Assembly: GCA_029856435.1 (NCBI GenBank)
Contig: JAHQXB010000174.1
Location: forward strand, 1 to 19,687
Direction of reading: 5' to 3'
Source of the DNA: Candidatus Jordarchaeia archaeon
GTDB lineage: Archaea > Asgardarchaeota > Jordiarchaeia > Jordiarchaeales > Jordiarchaeaceae
Length of the DNA: 19,687 bases
Below, in pieces: positions 15,898 to 19,687 of this stretch. A program made the position numbers and the translations under genes. The notes beneath the pieces were generated by a model, which was not told where the DNA came from, ran no database searches, and saw nothing but the letters and a program-made list of their open reading frames with translations. Numbering within the stretch: position 1 is the first letter of the stretch; every line of letters begins with the position of its first letter.

Positions 15898-17145
15898 TTA
15901 GAGGCCAATTTCTCTGAATAGTTCCCTCTGGGTGAGGAAGCGCATAATTTCGGAGCTTCCGGCACTTATCTGTCCTATTTTTACGTCCCGGTAGTATCTT
16001 TCTATGGGGTACTCTTTGGTGTAGCCTATTCCTCCCAGTATCTGTAGTGCTTCTGAGCAGATTTTCACAGCTGCGTCTGCGGCGAAGAATTTAGCTATGG
16101 CGGCCTCCTTTGTGGCTCTACGATCAGCGTCAATCATTCTTGCAGCCCTAAGATCTAACAGTCTTGAGGCCTCAAGGAGAGAGTACATTTCTGCTAGTTT
16201 GAAACTCACTCCTTCAAATTCTCTTATGGCTCTTTTGAATTGCATTCTTTCGGCAGAGTATTTAAGGGCGATTTCAAATGCTGACCGGGCTATTCCCATA
16301 TACTGGCTGGCTGCGAAAACTCTTTCTCCGTCAAGTCCACTCATAAGGATGTTGAAGCCCTTATTTTCTTGTCCCAGGAGGCAGATGTCGGGAACCCAGC
16401 AGTCCTTGAATGCCAAGTGAGAATTTTTTGAGCCCCGTCTTCCCATTAGTTCATAGTCTTTTATAACTTTGAAGCCCTCAGTGTTGGTAGGGAATATGAA
16501 TGCACTTATTCCCTCGTTGGGTTTAACATTGGGGTTAGTTATCACGTATAGCAGGAGGTAGTCTGCCTTTGAACCGTTGGTTATGAATCTTTTTTCTCCA
16601 TTTATTATGTATCCGTCTCCGCTTTTTTTGGCGCTGCACCGCATTCCTCCCACTACGTCGCATCCCGCTCCAGGCTCGGTCATGGCTATTGCTCCCAGTT
16701 TTTCTCCGTGCATTATCGGTTTTAGGAATTTTTCATGCTGCTCTTTTGTTCCAAATTTTATGATGGGCATAGCGTAAAGGGCGGCTGAGGCTCCATAGGT
16801 CACTGCGGTAGCATAGCTTATGGCGGTTAGTTCTTCGCCCATTATGGTTCTGTAGACTAGTCCTTTTCCGCCGCCTCCTATTTCTTTGGGGAAAGCCAAA
16901 CTGTAGTATCCCGCTTTTCCCATTTTTTTGAGTATTTCGTGTATTAGGTCGAAGTTTTCTTCGCGGTCTATTCTGTCAGCTACTGGTTCCACTTCCTTTT
17001 TCACAAATTTTCTGAATTCCTGCCGGAATTTGTTTTCTTCCTCGGTATATAGAAAAAGGCTTCCTTCAAATGTGCTGTAGCCGAAATCCACTTTTAATTC
17101 TTCAAAGGATATGTGACCCTCTTTGGGCAATCTCATCACCTTCAA
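15898..17145 (-). CDS. Acyl-CoA dehydrogenase
   Basis: AMTEPGAGCD, INGEKRFITNG, MGRRGS, LDGERV, QFKRAIREFEGVSFKLA, QILGGIGY and ISAGSSEIMR motifs. Confidence 0.95.
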   Translation of the reverse strand: MKVMRLPKEGHISFEELKVDFGYSTFEGSLFLYTEEENKFRQEFRKFVKKEVEPVADRIDREENFDLIHEILKKMGKAGYYSLAFPKEIGGGGKGLVYRTIMGEELTAISYATAVTYGASAALYAMPIIKFGTKEQHEKFLKPIMHGEKLGAIAMTEPGAGCDVVGGMRCSAKKSGDGYIINGEKRFITNGSKADYLLLYVITNPNVKPNEGISAFIFPTNTEGFKVIKDYELMGRRGSKNSHLAFKDCWVPDICLLGQENKGFNILMSGLDGERVFAASQYMGIARSAFEIALKYSAERMQFKRAIREFEGVSFKLAEMYSLLEASRLLDLRAARMIDADRRATKEAAIAKFFAADAAVKICSEALQILGGIGYTKEYPIERYYRDVKIGQISAGSSEIMRFLTQRELFREIGL

Positions 17146-17300
17146 ACAGAATATTTCTCACTAAATTTTACAGGTTCTATTTTTTGTGGATATTACCCTT
17201 TTGCACTTCAGATGAGTGAAGATTTATAAAAAAGTTGTTATTCCCTTATTGGGAAGCGTTTTAGCTTTTGGAGATAAATGCATTTATAAGTTTGTTGGTT

Positions 17301-18299
17301 CTATCCTTTTTTTCTGTGTTCCAAGGCCTGGGGGTTAACAAGGCAGGGGGGAACTTCGCCCTTCAAGGCACTTACCGTGTTTTCAGCGGCTAACATTGCC
17401 ATGCCTTTTCTGGTTTCTAAAGTTGCAGAGCCTATGTGTGGCGTTAACACCACGTTTTTAAACTTTAGCAGAGGATTATCGGCGCTAATCGGTTCCACAT
17501 CGAAAACGTCTAAAGCCGCACCCTTTATTCTGCCTTCGGCTAGGGCTTCGCAGAGGGCTTTCTCATCTATTACTGGTCCACGTGAGGTGTTTATTAGGTA
17601 GGCGGTTTTTTTCATTTTGTTTATTTCTTTTCTACCAATCATGCCTCGAGTTTCTTTGGTCAGGGGAACATGGAGAGAAACAAAGTCGGAAAGGGATAGA
17701 AGTTCCTCCAAAGAGACGTATTTTACACCTAGGCTTTTTTCCTTCTCCAAGTCTCTGGTGGGCTGGTAGTAAATAATGTTCATTTTGAAGCATTTTGCTC
17801 TCTGTGCCACAGCGGTTCCGATTCTTCCTAGACCAACAATTCCCAAGGTTTTGTTTTTTAGATCCGTTCCAAGGAGCAGGTTGGGGTGCCAGCCCTTCCA
17901 CAGTCCGGCCCTCACAAAGGAGTCCGCTTCAGGTATTCTTCTGGCAACAGCTAAGATTAGTGCAAGGGTCAAATCGGCTGTGGCGTCGTCTAAAACGCCG
18001 GGAGTATTTGTCACAAATATTCCTTTTCTCGTCGCAGCTTCAACATCTATGTTGTCGTAGCCAACCGCGACATTGGAGACGACCTCCAGATTTACCGCCT
18101 GATTAATTATCTCAGCATCTATCCTGTCTGTGAGCAAAGTTACAAGCCCATGAACCCTCTTAACCTGTTTGATGAGCTCACCCTTATCGGGGCTAGTTTC
18201 TTTTGGGTGTACCTCAACCTCCGCATTTCCTTTGAGAAGTTCAAGTGCCTCCTTGGCGATTTGCCCTGTCACAAAAACTCTCTTCAATTCTCGCACCAT
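17301..18299 (-). CDS. gyaR: D-isomer-specific 2-hydroxyacid dehydrogenase (glyoxylate reductase / D-glycerate dehydrogenase type)
   Basis: NVAVGYDNID, TNTPGVLDDATAD, GIVGLGRIG, INTSRG, ALDVFDVEP and PHIGSAT motifs. Start moved to ATG 18299 (MVRELKRVFVTG). Confidence 0.9.
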   Translation of the reverse strand: MVRELKRVFVTGQIAKEALELLKGNAEVEVHPKETSPDKGELIKQVKRVHGLVTLLTDRIDAEIINQAVNLEVVSNVAVGYDNIDVEAATRKGIFVTNTPGVLDDATADLTLALILAVARRIPEADSFVRAGLWKGWHPNLLLGTDLKNKTLGIVGLGRIGTAVAQRAKCFKMNIIYYQPTRDLEKEKSLGVKYVSLEELLSLSDFVSLHVPLTKETRGMIGRKEINKMKKTAYLINTSRGPVIDEKALCEALAEGRIKGAALDVFDVEPISADNPLLKFKNVVLTPHIGSATLETRKGMAMLAAENTVSALKGEVPPCLVNPQALEHRKKG

Positions 18300-18529
18300 A
18301 AAACCAACTATTTTTCGAGTCTCAATGAAGTTAGAAAAGATATAAAATATTCCAAGATACAGATACATAAAAATTTGCCACCTTACTTGTAGATTATTCA
18401 CCTCTGACTCCTATGGAAGCATGCAAGTTTACTTGGTCTTCGCTTTTGGATAAATCAGGGAACGAGTCCAACAATCGTCCCTTCTGAGCATGGTTGATAT
18501 ATTCTCCAACTCCTCCTATCATAGGTTCC

Positions 18530-18563
18530 ACTCTATGTAGAAAATCACAGAATTACATAGAGT
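18530..18563. repeat. Perfect 10-bp inverted repeat with 14-nt spacer at the 3' end of the tnpB pseudogene
   Basis: ACTCTATGTA (18530-18539) / TACATAGAGT (18554-18563). Confidence 0.75.
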
Positions 18564-19290
18564 TGGGACTTCACAGTACCACGCGTCGGCCTCACAAGTT
18601 CATAAGCCGCCTCCCATTCCACCTCCCTCAGGGTGAACCCACCCCCCACCTTCACAAATTCACCTCCCTGCTTCTTCACAGACCAATTCCCCTGCAGGTG
18701 TTGCCGCCAACGCCGTGAGGAGCACGGGAGAGGCCTCATGATCAAGCAGAAGAATGCGGTCGGATGAGGAGAAAGACCCCTCATCCTTTAGGTAAAGGTT
18801 TATAGCTGCGTTGAAGCTGACGACAGATTATAACGCCGCACCGCCGGCACTTGAAGACCACTCCCCCCAGGTCTTTATTTATCCACCCACATGCGGAGCA
18901 GGGCTTAAAGTGTCAGACAGGGGTTTAGAAGCTCCACGCAGCTTATAACCCCTCAAGGACACTACCCTCCTCCAGTCGATGTAGCCCAGTTCGCGGTTCC
19001 ACCTCCACCGCTTCTTATACCTAGTACGCCTCTTAAGATCCTCCACCCACGTCTTTGCCCAAAGGAAGGCGAGAAAGTTGGTCAGGCGATGGAGGAAGTG
19101 CTGGACGCAAAAACCTCACCCCTCGCCGGTACTTCTGCTTCCTTTTCCCACACCCCTAACCCTTTGCTGGCAGTCCTCCTGAGCCGCCGTTTATTCTCGT
19201 AAGTGACGTGGAGGGTGAAGAGCCGCTTTTAGCTTAATCCAGCCAATCGCCGATGAAAATCCGTCAAAGGGATAACTTGAAGCCCCAGCC
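18545..19290 (-). pseudogene. tnpB: Multiply frameshifted tnpB (IS200/IS605 or IS607 type), C-terminal two-thirds
   Basis: Fragments in shifting frames: DGFSSAIGWIKL (starting 19265), FLHRLTNFL..WVEDLK (RuvC-II Glu, 19046-19035), WNRELGYIDWRRV, Zn ribbon CSACG (18900-18889)...FKCRRCG (18849-18838), and RQL/NAAINLYL (18812-18798). Confidence 0.85.
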
Positions 19291-19369
19291 AATTATACTC
19301 GTTTTCGCCGTCGGCGCCAGTAAGAACCCGGGCCTTCCCATATTTGTGGGCGCCACCTTTTTTCTGGTG

Positions 19370-19396
19370 GGGTGTGGGTGTGGGTGTGGGTGGGGG
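19370..19396 (+). repeat. (GGGTGT)3-GGGT tandem repeat with G-quadruplex consensus
   Basis: GGGTGTGGGTGTGGGTGTGGGTGGGGG: four or more G3 runs with loops of 1-3 nt. Confidence 0.8.
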
Positions 19397-19553
19397 TCAA
19401 TAGTGTTCGAAAAATTGGGTTGAGGGAGCGAAGTGGGCTTATCTGGAGGCTTGTTTGCGCACTTTAACTCGTTTTCCTCGCCAAAAACAGCCACAGAGCA
19501 CATAATTTTCCCTTAAGTAAAAACGGCTAAAAACATCTTTCGAACAGTATTGG
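19397..19553. mobile_element. Candidate MITE, ~157 bp
   Basis: 18-bp inverted repeats matching at 16/18 positions (19398-19415 and 19535-19552). Flanked by GGTGGGGG at 19389-19396 and 19554-19561, which is low-complexity. No convincing coding content. Confidence 0.45.
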
Positions 19554-19631
19554 GGTGGGGGGTTAGGATTGGCTCGGTGAGTGTTCCTTGGAGCTGGGAG
19601 TAGCGTTTGGAGGGTGGGGAAGCCGAAGAGG

Positions 19632-19655
19632 GTTAACCTATTGGGGTAGGTTAAC
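19632..19655. repeat. Perfect 9-bp hairpin
   Basis: GTTAACCTA-TTGGGG-TAGGTTAAC. Confidence 0.8.
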
Positions 19656-19687
19656 ATTCTTATCCACCCTTGTGATCCGCCGCTAGC

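Noticed and set aside
18300-18401. 34-aa hydrophobic N-terminal extension of gyaR
   Set aside because: Family similarity begins at MVRELKRVFVTG; the extension is AT-rich promoter-type sequence.
19264-19657. ORFs 19264..19503 and 19439..19657 (minus strand) as real genes
   Set aside because: Low-complexity (PHPHPHP comes from the GGGTGT repeat), they cross repeat and mobile-element boundaries, and they have no motifs.
1-19687. CRISPR array, rRNA or tRNA genes
   Set aside because: No regularly spaced direct repeats and no cloverleaf or rRNA-like sequence seen by eye; tRNAscan-SE, Infernal and a CRISPR finder were not run.

Overview
Archaeal, anaerobe-type genomic DNA with frequent TTG/GTG starts; an Asgard origin is plausible but is inference only. 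Two GC-rich, decayed mobile-element regions bound the window: an ISH3/IS4-superfamily transposase pseudogene on the left, and a tnpB pseudogene plus a candidate MITE on the right. Recognisable metabolic genes are an amidohydrolase, a 4Fe-4S subunit with a tungsten AOR-family oxidoreductase, the AmmeMemoRadiSam radical SAM enzyme, an NDP-forming acyl-CoA synthetase alpha subunit, a split UxaA/SuyAB-type lyase, an acyl-CoA dehydrogenase and a glyoxylate reductase-like dehydrogenase. The main discovery candidate lies at ~10463-11307. It is an IS200/IS605-type shell (left-end hairpin, tnpB 3' remnant, omegaRNA-like region, right-end hairpin ending in TTCAC) whose only intact gene is a single-motif LAGLIDADG homing endonuclease, and that gene's ATG is buried in an 11-bp hairpin. 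Other candidates are a 301-aa orphan with CENP-N/Chl4-like motifs (recalled by eye, unverified), a longin-like/helical two-gene operon, and a 42-aa basic/acidic microprotein missed by the ORF track.
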